From: a virus
Direction: 5' to 3' (one strand)
Virus record (IMG/VR): IMGVR_UViG_3300045988_126550
Coordinates: 1-64,000 of that record
DNA length: 64,000 nucleotides
Positions 51,923 through 60,507 of the stretch are shown piece after piece. The notes beneath the pieces are model-generated. The model worked only from the letters and a program-made list of their open reading frames with translations. It made no database searches and was not told the origin of the DNA. Within the stretch, counting starts at the first letter, position 1; the number at the start of each line of letters is the position of its first letter. The translations under genes were made by a program, and so were the position numbers.

Positions 51923-53502
51923 TGAACAAAACAGATTTTATTAATGGAGTTTTTGAATTGTATGACGAAAGACTTTTAGAATCTAGATTAACAGAAGAGG
52001 GTAATGTTTGTGGATGTCTACTCAAATCATTACCTTTGTATGATGATTGTGGATTATCCTCTAAAGATTTCGTCACAAAATCAGGTCGGCTTTTATTTAT
52101 AATTGGCAAACAAATTCGAGATAAAAAATATAGTGAGTTTGATGAAATAAGTTTTATTTCTAATACTAGTGAAGATGTTCGTAATAAAATTAATGATGAG
52201 TTTGGTGGGTTTAAGGCAATTCAAAATGTTATGGATGTTGTATCTATTAAAAACTATGATTCTTTTCTAGATGATTTGAATAAAAGTAATATTATTCTGT
52301 CGCTGTATAGGAAAAATTTTAATGTTTTAGAAGAAATGACTTTAGATAACGGTAAAAAGGTAGTTCCATTTAATGTGTTTAAAAAACTAACTGCATCTGA
52401 GGTTATTGATTTTTACGAAGGCACTTTAGCAACGCTTGATACAAAAATTAATTCTTCGAAAATTGTTGAAGAAGGTTATATTAGTTTCGGAGAAGATTTT
52501 GTAAACAGGCTAGTGAATAAAGAGGAAATGGGTGTTAGTTTCGGATCTGCTGGGTTAGATATTTCTGGAAATGAAATTAGAACGTTCCCATTTATGTCAA
52601 ACGATATTCTAGGATTAAAACATGGTACTTTATCATGCTGGTCGGCGCATTCCGGTGCAGGAAAATCAACCTATATGGTAACGGTGTGTATGTCATTAAT
52701 TTCTCAGGGAGAACGTGTTACTGTAATTACTAATGAAAGCTCAAAGTCGGATGTAGAGGTACAGTTTTTAATTTGGCTTCTAACAAGATGTCTTGGCTAT
52801 TGGAAAATTAATAAAAAGAAACTTGTATCTGGGAATTTAACAGACGAAGACCGTATTAAAATAAAAGAGGCACAGCAATGGTGGAATGAACATTATGCAA
52901 AATCTATTAAAGTGACAAGTCTAAGTGATGCAGATGCAAGACTTACATGTCAAATTATTAAAAAGGATATTACTCGTGGCGGCTTTTCAACGTTTCTGGT
53001 AGATACTTTTAAGCTTACTATTGATAATGGAAGCAACGATGCGGCGTGGATGAGTTTGATTAAAGATACAAGAAGTTTAACGGAGATTGCAATGAAATAT
53101 AATGTTATTGGTCTTATGACAGTCCAGCTTGCACTTAGTTCTTTAAATAGATGTTGGATTTCTTCAGACTGTCTCGCGGGGAGTAAAGCTATTAAGGAAA
53201 CCCTGTCAAACTTGGTAATGTTCAAAAAAGTAACAGACATGGAACTTGACCCATCTTCTCCAGTTTTTATCCATCCATTTAGACATAAGCAAAAAGAAGA
53301 TGGAACGTGGTATGAAGAAGAATTTTTCCCAGATAGGAGTAAAGTATGGAGATTATTTTTTATAGATAAATGTAGACGAGGCGCAGATTCTGGTGATACT
53401 GGAATTGCTTATTTGGTTAGATATGATGGGGACTTTTGTTGTTTTTATGAAACCGCGAAAGCAAGACCTACACATAAACTGATTAATACAGATGGTAGGT
53501 AA
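51922..53502 (+). CDS. DnaB-like replicative helicase
   Basis: RecA-type C-terminal domain with Walker A HSGAGKST and Walker B FLVDTF. Size and N-terminal domain are consistent. Confidence 0.65.
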   Translation: MNKTDFINGVFELYDERLLESRLTEEGNVCGCLLKSLPLYDDCGLSSKDFVTKSGRLLFIIGKQIRDKKYSEFDEISFISNTSEDVRNKINDEFGGFKAIQNVMDVVSIKNYDSFLDDLNKSNIILSLYRKNFNVLEEMTLDNGKKVVPFNVFKKLTASEVIDFYEGTLATLDTKINSSKIVEEGYISFGEDFVNRLVNKEEMGVSFGSAGLDISGNEIRTFPFMSNDILGLKHGTLSCWSAHSGAGKSTYMVTVCMSLISQGERVTVITNESSKSDVEVQFLIWLLTRCLGYWKINKKKLVSGNLTDEDRIKIKEAQQWWNEHYAKSIKVTSLSDADARLTCQIIKKDITRGGFSTFLVDTFKLTIDNGSNDAAWMSLIKDTRSLTEIAMKYNVIGLMTVQLALSSLNRCWISSDCLAGSKAIKETLSNLVMFKKVTDMELDPSSPVFIHPFRHKQKEDGTWYEEEFFPDRSKVWRLFFIDKCRRGADSGDTGIAYLVRYDGDFCCFYETAKARPTHKLINTDGR

Positions 53503-53577
53503 AATAAATAAGAAAGGAGTATATTGTGATTATTAAAAAGAAACAATAAGAAAATAATTTATATATGGTAAAACATT

Positions 53578-55017
53578 ATGTCTAAGAAGAAAACACATGA
53601 AGAATATATATCAGAGGTACAAAAGAAAAATCCTAATGTAGAAGTAGTAGAGGAGTATCGAGGGAAAAAGGAAAAAATTTTACACAGATGTAAAGTTTGT
53701 GGACATCAATGGCCAGTATATCCAGGAAGTATTCTACAAGGATATGGATGCCCAAAATGTGGCAGAATTAAACAGGCAAACTCTAAGAAAATGTCACACG
53801 AAAAATACCTATCTAAACTATCTAAACTAAATTCAAACATAGAAGTATTAGAAAAATATAATGGCATGTCTGTGCCTATACGGCATAGATGTAAAGTTTG
53901 CGGATATGGTAAGAATGGGGAATGGAATCCTAAACCTTGTAATATTTTGCACGGAGATGGCTGCCCAGTGTGCTGTTTTCCCCCTAAAAAAATCGGCCAA
54001 CCTCCAGAGTATAAAAATAGTATATGGGCGAGTGAATATAAAAAATTAGCGGAGTATTATGGTATGGCAGAGGAGCAAATGAAAGAAATTATGCCAATGA
54101 GTCATAAAAATATAGATATAAAATGCCCAAATTGTGGTAATATTAAATCAATAACTCCAATGCAGTTATTTAAAACAGGACTTAGTTGCTCAAAATGTTC
54201 AGACGGAATTAGTTATCCTGAAAAATTTATGATATCATTATTAGATCAACTTCATTTTAAATATCAATTACAATATTCTCCTAATTGGGCAGATGATAAA
54301 AAATATGATTTTTATATTCCAAATTATAATTGTATTGTCGAAATACATGGAGGGCAACATTATAAAGACCAAAAAAGAGGAAGGTCTCTAAAAGAAGAGC
54401 AAGAAAATGATCTATTAAAGGAGAATGTTGCGAGATTAAATGGCATTATAAAATATATTGTTCTTGATTGTAGAGAGTCAGTAGAAGAATGGATTAAAAA
54501 TAGCATTATGAATAGCGATATACCAAATTTATTACATTTTACAGACAATGATATTAATTGGAGTAAATGTAATATAGACGCTTTAAGTAGTAAAGTTAAA
54601 TATGCGGCAGTTTTATGGAGCAATGGATTATCAATTGGTAAAATTGCAAAGAATATAAATGTAAATGCATGTACGGTAACAAGGTGGCTTAAAAAAGCGG
54701 CCAATTGTGGGATGTGTGATTATACGCCAGAAAAAAGTAAAAAAAGGCAAGGAGAATTAATGAGAGGAAGGACTGTCTCAGAAGAATCTAAGAGAAAAAA
54801 TAGTGAATCACATAAAGGAGTTCAAACTGGTGAAAACGGGACAAAGGCACGCAAGGTAATTCGTTTAGTTGATTTTAAAATTTACGGCTGTCTTAATTAT
54901 GCAGCACAAAATAACAACATAAGCAATGTCACAATGCGAAATCGTTGTAAAAAGCATAAAGATTTTATGTACTACGATGACTGGCTGGCAGAACAAGAGA
55001 ATTTGAAAGGAGAATGA
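53578..55017 (+). CDS. homing-endonuclease-like protein: Zn-ribbons + PD-(D/E)XK/Vsr-like core + HTH + NUMOD3/IENR1-like modules
   Basis: CKVCGH..CPKCG (x2-3). YDFYIP..CIVEIHGGQHY core. ..LSIGKIAKNINVNACTVTRWLKK HTH. ..SEESKRKNSESHKG.. Confidence 0.55.
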   Translation: MSKKKTHEEYISEVQKKNPNVEVVEEYRGKKEKILHRCKVCGHQWPVYPGSILQGYGCPKCGRIKQANSKKMSHEKYLSKLSKLNSNIEVLEKYNGMSVPIRHRCKVCGYGKNGEWNPKPCNILHGDGCPVCCFPPKKIGQPPEYKNSIWASEYKKLAEYYGMAEEQMKEIMPMSHKNIDIKCPNCGNIKSITPMQLFKTGLSCSKCSDGISYPEKFMISLLDQLHFKYQLQYSPNWADDKKYDFYIPNYNCIVEIHGGQHYKDQKRGRSLKEEQENDLLKENVARLNGIIKYIVLDCRESVEEWIKNSIMNSDIPNLLHFTDNDINWSKCNIDALSSKVKYAAVLWSNGLSIGKIAKNINVNACTVTRWLKKAANCGMCDYTPEKSKKRQGELMRGRTVSEESKRKNSESHKGVQTGENGTKARKVIRLVDFKIYGCLNYAAQNNNISNVTMRNRCKKHKDFMYYDDWLAEQENLKGE

Positions 55018-55019
55018 TT

Positions 55020-55268
55020 ATGTATAGTGCAAAAGAAATTGAGAAAATGAAAAAGCTCATTAATCCAAATAGTGATAAATATTCAGATATACTTGTACAA
55101 ATGTACGAACAGACGAAAAATAAATATGAATTTGCATTTGCTAATTTGCCAAATTATATGGACGAAGATGATAGAATTAAATTGCTTAAATGGTATAAAT
55201 GTTTTGGAGATAAAGGATATGAATATTCTCTTTCTGAACATAGCATTATAGGGAAAATTATCAAGTAA
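55020..55268 (+). CDS. hypothetical protein, 82 aa
   Basis: Track 55014; ATG 55020 preferred (SD spacing). Confidence 0.55.
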   Translation: MYSAKEIEKMKKLINPNSDKYSDILVQMYEQTKNKYEFAFANLPNYMDEDDRIKLLKWYKCFGDKGYEYSLSEHSIIGKIIK

Positions 55269-55282
55269 TAGACCTCCCCCTC

Positions 55283-55310
55283 TTGACAAACCGAAAATCT
55301 ATGATATAAT
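55283..55310 (+). promoter_or_regulatory. sigma-A-like promoter TTGACA-N16-TATAAT
   Basis: Followed after 5 nt by TACAAAATTA. Confidence 0.65.
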
Positions 55311-55313
55311 CAT

Positions 55314-55328
55314 AGTACAAAATTAATT
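55314..55328 (+). promoter_or_regulatory. conserved intergenic motif copy
   Basis: AGTACAAAATTAATT, then GGAAGGTGA. Confidence 0.7.
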
Positions 55329-55343
55329 GGAAGGTGATAATAA

Positions 55344-55769
55344 ATGAGTAACTACACCGCTTACAACGCCGACATTAACATCATCAACTCAGAACTCACA
55401 GTAGATAAAAACAGAAACCTGACTAGCTTCGATGCACTATGTGAATGCAACGGCAATCAGCTTGTGCTTACATATGTTGCTGATTCTGGCAATACTCCAG
55501 AAGATTGGTGCTTTGCAGTTTTGGACAATATGTACAACAAAGCACTAGAATACCTATCTGACGCCCTAACAAATGAGGAAGATGTATTTGTTAATGCGTT
55601 TAGATATAAGGATTCGCCAACCGCATATGATATCTATTATGGTTGCGAAGACCAGTTTGAAACTCCAGCAGATGCAGCAAGATGGGTTCTTGCGCATGGA
55701 GGTATCGAAAATATCGGGCATTATTATACTGAAACTAGAGACGGAGAGAAGACAGCAATTGAATTTTAA
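55344..55769 (+). CDS. hypothetical protein, 141 aa
   Basis: Track ORF. Confidence 0.6.
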   Translation: MSNYTAYNADINIINSELTVDKNRNLTSFDALCECNGNQLVLTYVADSGNTPEDWCFAVLDNMYNKALEYLSDALTNEEDVFVNAFRYKDSPTAYDIYYGCEDQFETPADAARWVLAHGGIENIGHYYTETRDGEKTAIEF

Positions 55770-55804
55770 TAAAAATAATTAACAGAAAGGAGGGTGCGCA
55801 ATGA

Positions 55805-56821
55805 ATGATTAATAAACTTAAGCAGATGCTATTAGAGAATCCAGAGAACATTGCCGCCCTCCTTTCCGCATATGATTTTGAGAAGATATCTATACGTAAT
55901 AATGAACTACGCTTTGCACATGATTCAGATGGTGGCGCAAATAATGTATCTATTCGTACAGACCAAGATAGAAATTCTTACTTAAATGTGGCAGATTATA
56001 GCCATGGTATTTATACGGATATATTTAGCTATATCATTCAAGAGCGTGGAGTGACGTTTAAGGATGTTCTGACAACAACTAAGAATATTTTAGGACTTGA
56101 TGAACATTGGACTGCGCCAAGTAAATGTAGACCTCTGTTCGGAGGAATTTACCAACGAATCATTAATAAAACTTCTCCAGAACCAAAGGTATATCCAGAA
56201 GAAATCTTGAAGCAGTATGTTCAAATTGGAAATGAACTTTGGCTTAAAGACGGAATAAGTCTTGAAGTGCAGAGAGAATTTGATGTGTGTTTTTCTCCAG
56301 AAGATAATGCAATAATTTTTCCATGGAGAGATGCAAAAGACGATATTATCGCAATTAAATCAAGATATAATGGTACGCCACCAGAAGGTATGAGCAAATA
56401 TTTTTATCCTGTAGGCGGCAATATATCAAGCAGCCTATATGGATATAGTCACAATTATCAATACTTATATGGTAATGATGTTGTAATTACAGAAGCGGAA
56501 AAGAGTTGCCTTCAAGGTTGTACATTTAAATACAGAAATATTGTTGCGATTGGTTCTAATAATCTGAGTGAAGCACAGGCGAAGTTAATATTGCAATTAC
56601 AACCAAAAAGAATTATTATGGCACTCGACGAAGGTTTGGAGTTTGAGCAAGTAAAAAAGAATTTAGACTTATTAAAATCACTTGCTACAATGAGGCAAGT
56701 GGAACTTTACTATTGGGATAGCACATTAGATTTGGACATTCCATCTAAAGCATCTCCTACGGATATGGGAGTAGAAAAATTCAATGAAATAATGCAGGAA
56801 CAGCTTGTAGAATATACTTGA
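55805..56821 (+). CDS. TOPRIM-domain primase-like protein
   Basis: VVITEAEKSCLQG (TOPRIM Glu) and IIMALDEGLE (acidic DxD-like); sits next to the helicase module. Confidence 0.5.
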   Translation: MINKLKQMLLENPENIAALLSAYDFEKISIRNNELRFAHDSDGGANNVSIRTDQDRNSYLNVADYSHGIYTDIFSYIIQERGVTFKDVLTTTKNILGLDEHWTAPSKCRPLFGGIYQRIINKTSPEPKVYPEEILKQYVQIGNELWLKDGISLEVQREFDVCFSPEDNAIIFPWRDAKDDIIAIKSRYNGTPPEGMSKYFYPVGGNISSSLYGYSHNYQYLYGNDVVITEAEKSCLQGCTFKYRNIVAIGSNNLSEAQAKLILQLQPKRIIMALDEGLEFEQVKKNLDLLKSLATMRQVELYYWDSTLDLDIPSKASPTDMGVEKFNEIMQEQLVEYT

Positions 56822-56845
56822 CAAACTAGTATTTTATGTTATAAT
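56818..56845 (+). promoter_or_regulatory. sigma-A-like promoter TTGACA-N16-TATAAT
   Basis: The -35 overlaps the stop of 55805..56821. Followed after 5 nt by TACAAAATTA. Confidence 0.65.
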
Positions 56846-56847
56846 GA

Positions 56848-56862
56848 CAATACAAAATTAAA
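56848..56862 (+). promoter_or_regulatory. conserved intergenic motif copy
   Basis: CAATACAAAATTAAA followed by GGAG. Confidence 0.7.
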
Positions 56863-56874
56863 GGAGAAATAATT

Positions 56875-57051
56875 ATGACACCTGAAGAATTCGCTAAAAA
56901 GGCGCAGGAAATTTATGACAAGCATGAAGGTTACGCAGGAGAAGATGGTCATATTGATATAGATCGTCTTATGATTAAATGTCTTGAAAACTTAGGTTAT
57001 AAAGATGGATGTGATATTTTGTGGAGTATGTCTAGTATTTGGTATTCATAA
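56875..57051 (+). CDS. hypothetical protein, 58 aa
   Basis: Own translation MTPEEFAKKAQEIYDKHEGYAGEDGHIDIDRLMIKCLENLGYKDGCDILWSMSSIWYS*; AAAGGAGAA SD. Below the track cutoff. Confidence 0.55.
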   Translation: MTPEEFAKKAQEIYDKHEGYAGEDGHIDIDRLMIKCLENLGYKDGCDILWSMSSIWYS

Positions 57052-57070
57052 AAATAAGGGAGAATTAATT

Positions 57071-57328
57071 ATGAAATTATTTAAACAAGAAAAGTGTCCA
57101 ATTTGCGATTATAAAATCTCTAGTTGCCAGTGTCTATATGGTGGCAGTGCCCATCCAGATAGATCGAAACGTATTGATGTAGTTTTTGATCATCTGTATC
57201 TATTTAGCAAAAAGCAAATTAAGCATCTGATTGAACTGCAAAAATATTGGCAAATCAGTTATGGAGATAGTGATAAAGAAAATATTAAAAATGATATGGT
57301 TCAAGAATATGAATATAGAGAGGGCTAA
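57071..57328 (+). CDS. hypothetical protein, 85 aa
   Basis: Track 57005..57328; ATG 57071 preferred (AAGGGAGAA SD). Confidence 0.55.
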   Translation: MKLFKQEKCPICDYKISSCQCLYGGSAHPDRSKRIDVVFDHLYLFSKKQIKHLIELQKYWQISYGDSDKENIKNDMVQEYEYREG

Positions 57329-57330
57329 TT

Positions 57331-57660
57331 ATGCTGACACAAGAACAATACCAAGCATACGTAGATGCTGTTGATAAGTTTGATAAATATATCCGAGAAC
57401 ATCCAGAAGTCATAGAAGAGGCTGCGCGTAAGTATGCAGAGCAGCTTGTTGACGTTAGGGATGTCTCACTTGGAGATAAAGTTCCGTTTGTAGGATATGT
57501 TCAAGACAGCCCAGTGGTCGTAGGGAACGCTCTTCACGAGCTGGCAGGGCAGTTTACAAGAGATTGTCATAAGTGCGTCTACGAAGTTGGATGTCATGGC
57601 AATCCAGTAGGTTGCAAGGACTATAAGAGAGATGCTCCCGATGGAGGTTATTATGGATAA
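57331..57660 (+). CDS. hypothetical protein, 109 aa
   Basis: Track ORF. Confidence 0.6.
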   Translation: MLTQEQYQAYVDAVDKFDKYIREHPEVIEEAARKYAEQLVDVRDVSLGDKVPFVGYVQDSPVVVGNALHELAGQFTRDCHKCVYEVGCHGNPVGCKDYKRDAPDGGYYG

Positions 57661-57681
57661 TATCACCAAGGAGAATGAATT

Positions 57682-57954
57682 ATGTTGATGAAAATTGCAC
57701 ACCACAATGATGGTAAAGAAAAATGGCAATCACATACCTGTTATTTGTTTAATGATGCTGACGAACATCATAATTTTGATATAACAAACGTTTACGGACA
57801 TGGTGAAACAAAAGAAGAAGCAATAGAAAATCTCAAGAAAGAACTTGAATATTATTTTAATGAACTTAATGCATTGGAAAAGATGCTTTACGAAACAGAT
57901 GCACTTGATAATGATATTGTTGAAGTTGATTGTCTAGGGAGGAAAATTGAATGA
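57682..57954 (+). CDS. hypothetical protein, 90 aa
   Basis: CAAGGAGAA SD. Confidence 0.6.
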   Translation: MLMKIAHHNDGKEKWQSHTCYLFNDADEHHNFDITNVYGHGETKEEAIENLKKELEYYFNELNALEKMLYETDALDNDIVEVDCLGRKIE

Positions 57955-58145
57955 GCGATATTAAAAATTTAAAGTGCTATTGTTGCAAATGCTATGATAG
58001 TTTTGATGGGTGTACAGCATGGTCATGCAAAGATGACTTTGAGATTAGTATTGATAAAATCAAGCAGGTGTCGAAGATTATGGACTTAAGTATTGCAGAC
58101 ATTACTGCGTTGATTGACTTTGAACGAAGAGGTGGTAGCAGATGA
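57951..58145 (+). CDS. hypothetical protein, 64 aa
   Basis: GGAGGAAA SD; ATGA overlap. Confidence 0.55.
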   Translation: MSDIKNLKCYCCKCYDSFDGCTAWSCKDDFEISIDKIKQVSKIMDLSIADITALIDFERRGGSR

Positions 58146-58555
58146 ATTATATTATTGCCGCACTTATTGGTATTGTGGCATGGCAAATTATTTCTTTTAT
58201 TGCTTATGAAATCAGCAAAGAGAATGAAGATGTGTTGGAGGTGTTGACACTTGGGTTAGTTGCATTTCCTGTAGGATTTGTTAACTGGATTTACAGAGTA
58301 ATCCGTTTCAAGTGGTGTAAAATGTATCTTAATGGTTATAGATTTTTCATTAATGACACGGGTTCTTGTGTATATTACATGACTGACAAACAAGCAAAGA
58401 AACTTTACAGTAAGGGTGAAAATGATCATTATATTGTAAAATGTTCAGAGGGGCGTAATTGGAAATCTCCTCCTCACAAAAGTGAAATTTACAAGGGGCA
58501 AGAAGTATTCCATGGCATTTATGTGAAAAAGTATTGGAAGGAGCAATCGGTATGA
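58142..58555 (+). CDS. membrane protein, 137 aa (two N-terminal helices)
   Basis: MNYIIAALIGIVAWQIISFIAY .. LTLGLVAFPVGFVNWIY. Confidence 0.6.
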   Translation: MNYIIAALIGIVAWQIISFIAYEISKENEDVLEVLTLGLVAFPVGFVNWIYRVIRFKWCKMYLNGYRFFINDTGSCVYYMTDKQAKKLYSKGENDHYIVKCSEGRNWKSPPHKSEIYKGQEVFHGIYVKKYWKEQSV

Positions 58556-58875
58556 CAAATGAAGAAATCCTTGCAAAGATTGCTGAGCTAGGAGACCTAA
58601 AAGACAAGCCGGTAACATGGGGAGATTTACTTGAAACCTTGTGTGCTATGAGTACTGAAATTATGGAAACAATCAAAATTGCAGATGAGTGTCAAGACAA
58701 GGTTGTTGATAGCTTAGGTGAACATGTATTGAAACTATATAACGAAGCTGAATATCGACGCATGCGTAGTATGGCATTTGTTCTCGCTATTACTGGGCAT
58801 ACAGATTCAACTAAATGGTATCCTATTTATGAGGAGTTTTGCAAGGAGTATGATAAGTTAAATAGAAAGGAATGA
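58552..58875 (+). CDS. hypothetical protein, 107 aa
   Basis: Track 58534; ATG 58552 preferred (GGAAGGAG SD). Confidence 0.55.
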   Translation: MTNEEILAKIAELGDLKDKPVTWGDLLETLCAMSTEIMETIKIADECQDKVVDSLGEHVLKLYNEAEYRRMRSMAFVLAITGHTDSTKWYPIYEEFCKEYDKLNRKE

Positions 58876-58881
58876 CATGTG

Positions 58882-59283
58882 ATGGGATTGGACAATGGCA
58901 TTCTGTTAAAAGTCAAAAATGAAAAGGATTATGAAAAGGCGCACCGCCTATTTAATCATGAATCTTGGTATGACGCAGATGAATGTTCTGTTTGTTACTG
59001 GAGAAAATGCTATGGCATCAGAAATGCAATTCTACGAGTGGTAGATCCGACCATTACAAATGAGTATGAGTATCCTGTGACACTTGATAATATTGATGAT
59101 ATCATCAAGACATTTAAGTACTTTCTACATAAGAAAGAATGGGAAGAGGAAGCGGATACAATCTGGGAGTGGGACGAAAATACGAGACGTAATCAAGCAA
59201 GGAATTTAAGAGGATTGCGATGTTTGCGGCGTTGGCTCAGGAGACACCCAGATGATACTGCGTATTTTTATGACAGTTATTAA
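58882..59283 (+). CDS. hypothetical protein, 133 aa
   Basis: Track 58879 (GTG); ATG 58882. Confidence 0.6.
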   Translation: MGLDNGILLKVKNEKDYEKAHRLFNHESWYDADECSVCYWRKCYGIRNAILRVVDPTITNEYEYPVTLDNIDDIIKTFKYFLHKKEWEEEADTIWEWDENTRRNQARNLRGLRCLRRWLRRHPDDTAYFYDSY

Positions 59284-59293
59284 GGAGGGCAAT

Positions 59294-59542
59294 ATGGCAG
59301 AAAAAGATCAATTGTTGCAGAATATTTTATCACGTGTGGGACAATTTGAATATAATTTCGGATATGATTCTGTTAAGGCAATTTTTGTAAATGATTATGC
59401 ATGGAAGCTGATTACAACGTACCGCATATATGAAATGCAATATTTCAATGGTGGTTATGGATGTGTCGGTAGGCTTTATGGATATTTAACGTACAGATAT
59501 CATGACGATAAGAATGCGCCAGATTTTTATATTGGCGTATAA
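59294..59542 (+). CDS. hypothetical protein, 82 aa (paralogue of 60251..60502)
   Basis: Track 59252; ATG 59294 preferred (TAAGGAGGG SD). Ends ..YHDDKNAPDFYIGV versus ..YSDKKDTPEYYFGIR. Confidence 0.55.
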   Translation: MAEKDQLLQNILSRVGQFEYNFGYDSVKAIFVNDYAWKLITTYRIYEMQYFNGGYGCVGRLYGYLTYRYHDDKNAPDFYIGV

Positions 59543-59543
59543 C

Positions 59544-59557
59544 AGCACGAAATTAAT
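59544..59557 (+). promoter_or_regulatory. motif copy (variant AGCACGAAATTAAT)
   Basis: Followed directly by GAGGTGA. Confidence 0.5.
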
Positions 59558-59568
59558 GAGGTGATATT

Positions 59569-59799
59569 ATGAAAAATGAAAAGCCTACGCGTTGTATTGA
59601 TCCTGTCATAAAGTATTGTCAGAGCTGCGAATATGGCTGGATGTCGTATCCAGATTGGGTTGAAACGGTAGGAGACCTTGATGGATGTTGCTTCGATTCT
59701 GGTTGCATATATGGGCTAGAAAATACTCAACCCACGGAGGAAGAGCTTGCAGAGTTTTATAGATGGGTTGATAAGTGGAATAAGGAAGTAGTTTTATGA
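59569..59799 (+). CDS. hypothetical protein, 76 aa
   Basis: Track ORF. Confidence 0.6.
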   Translation: MKNEKPTRCIDPVIKYCQSCEYGWMSYPDWVETVGDLDGCCFDSGCIYGLENTQPTEEELAEFYRWVDKWNKEVVL

Positions 59800-60236
59800 A
59801 TACTCTAAACATTGAAGCCAAGCTTGCGCAAAAATATGGGTATAAACCATTGCCAAAAGACTTGTCGAAAAAATATAGACAGTTTTATATTGATAATCTT
59901 CCTGAAAGATTTATCATAGGTGGTTCAGATGATACCTTATGTACTAAGAATGGCACAGTTGTATGTAATGGTTATACTCGTATTGTCGTTGGTGACTATG
60001 GGGCGTTTATAGAATTTGATAAAGAACAAGCAAACTTTGATAAATATATTATTGCTCCAGGACAGGAATATAGGGTCAATGATCCAAAGTATTCAAAGAA
60101 TGTAAAATACATTTGGATGACTATTACCGATGGAAGCAATATTAAAATATATAAACAGAAGAAAAAAGTGGCTTATGCAGATTACAGAAGCGGAATGTTT
60201 TATATTAGCCCACATGAGTGTGTAATACAAAATTAA
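59796..60236 (+). CDS. hypothetical protein, 146 aa
   Basis: Track ORF. The last codons V-I-Q-N-stop are encoded by the motif copy. Confidence 0.6.
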   Translation: MNTLNIEAKLAQKYGYKPLPKDLSKKYRQFYIDNLPERFIIGGSDDTLCTKNGTVVCNGYTRIVVGDYGAFIEFDKEQANFDKYIIAPGQEYRVNDPKYSKNVKYIWMTITDGSNIKIYKQKKKVAYADYRSGMFYISPHECVIQN

Positions 60237-60237
60237 T
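60222..60237 (+). promoter_or_regulatory. conserved motif copy overlapping the 3' end of 59796..60236
   Basis: GTAATACAAAATTAAT, then GGATGTGA. Confidence 0.65.
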
Positions 60238-60250
60238 GGATGTGATATGA

Positions 60251-60502
60251 ATGAAGAAAATGAATGAGAATAGTTTTGTGTTGGAGCTTTATTATAAGAT
60301 TTTGTTTTATGAGAGCAAGTATGGTGAAGGATTTATCGAAAAGATATTTATGAATGGGAAAGCTCTTTCGATGTGTCAGGCTTCTCCACGGTTTATGTTT
60401 TGTAATACAGGAGAAGGAATAACCTATATGTTTGTTGGAATTTCAGTAGAGGTATATTCAGATAAGAAAGATACTCCTGAGTATTATTTTGGGATTAGGT
60501 GA
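60251..60502 (+). CDS. hypothetical protein, 83 aa (paralogue of 59294..59542)
   Basis: Track ORF. Confidence 0.55.
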   Translation: MKKMNENSFVLELYYKILFYESKYGEGFIEKIFMNGKALSMCQASPRFMFCNTGEGITYMFVGISVEVYSDKKDTPEYYFGIR

Positions 60503-60507
60503 TATAG

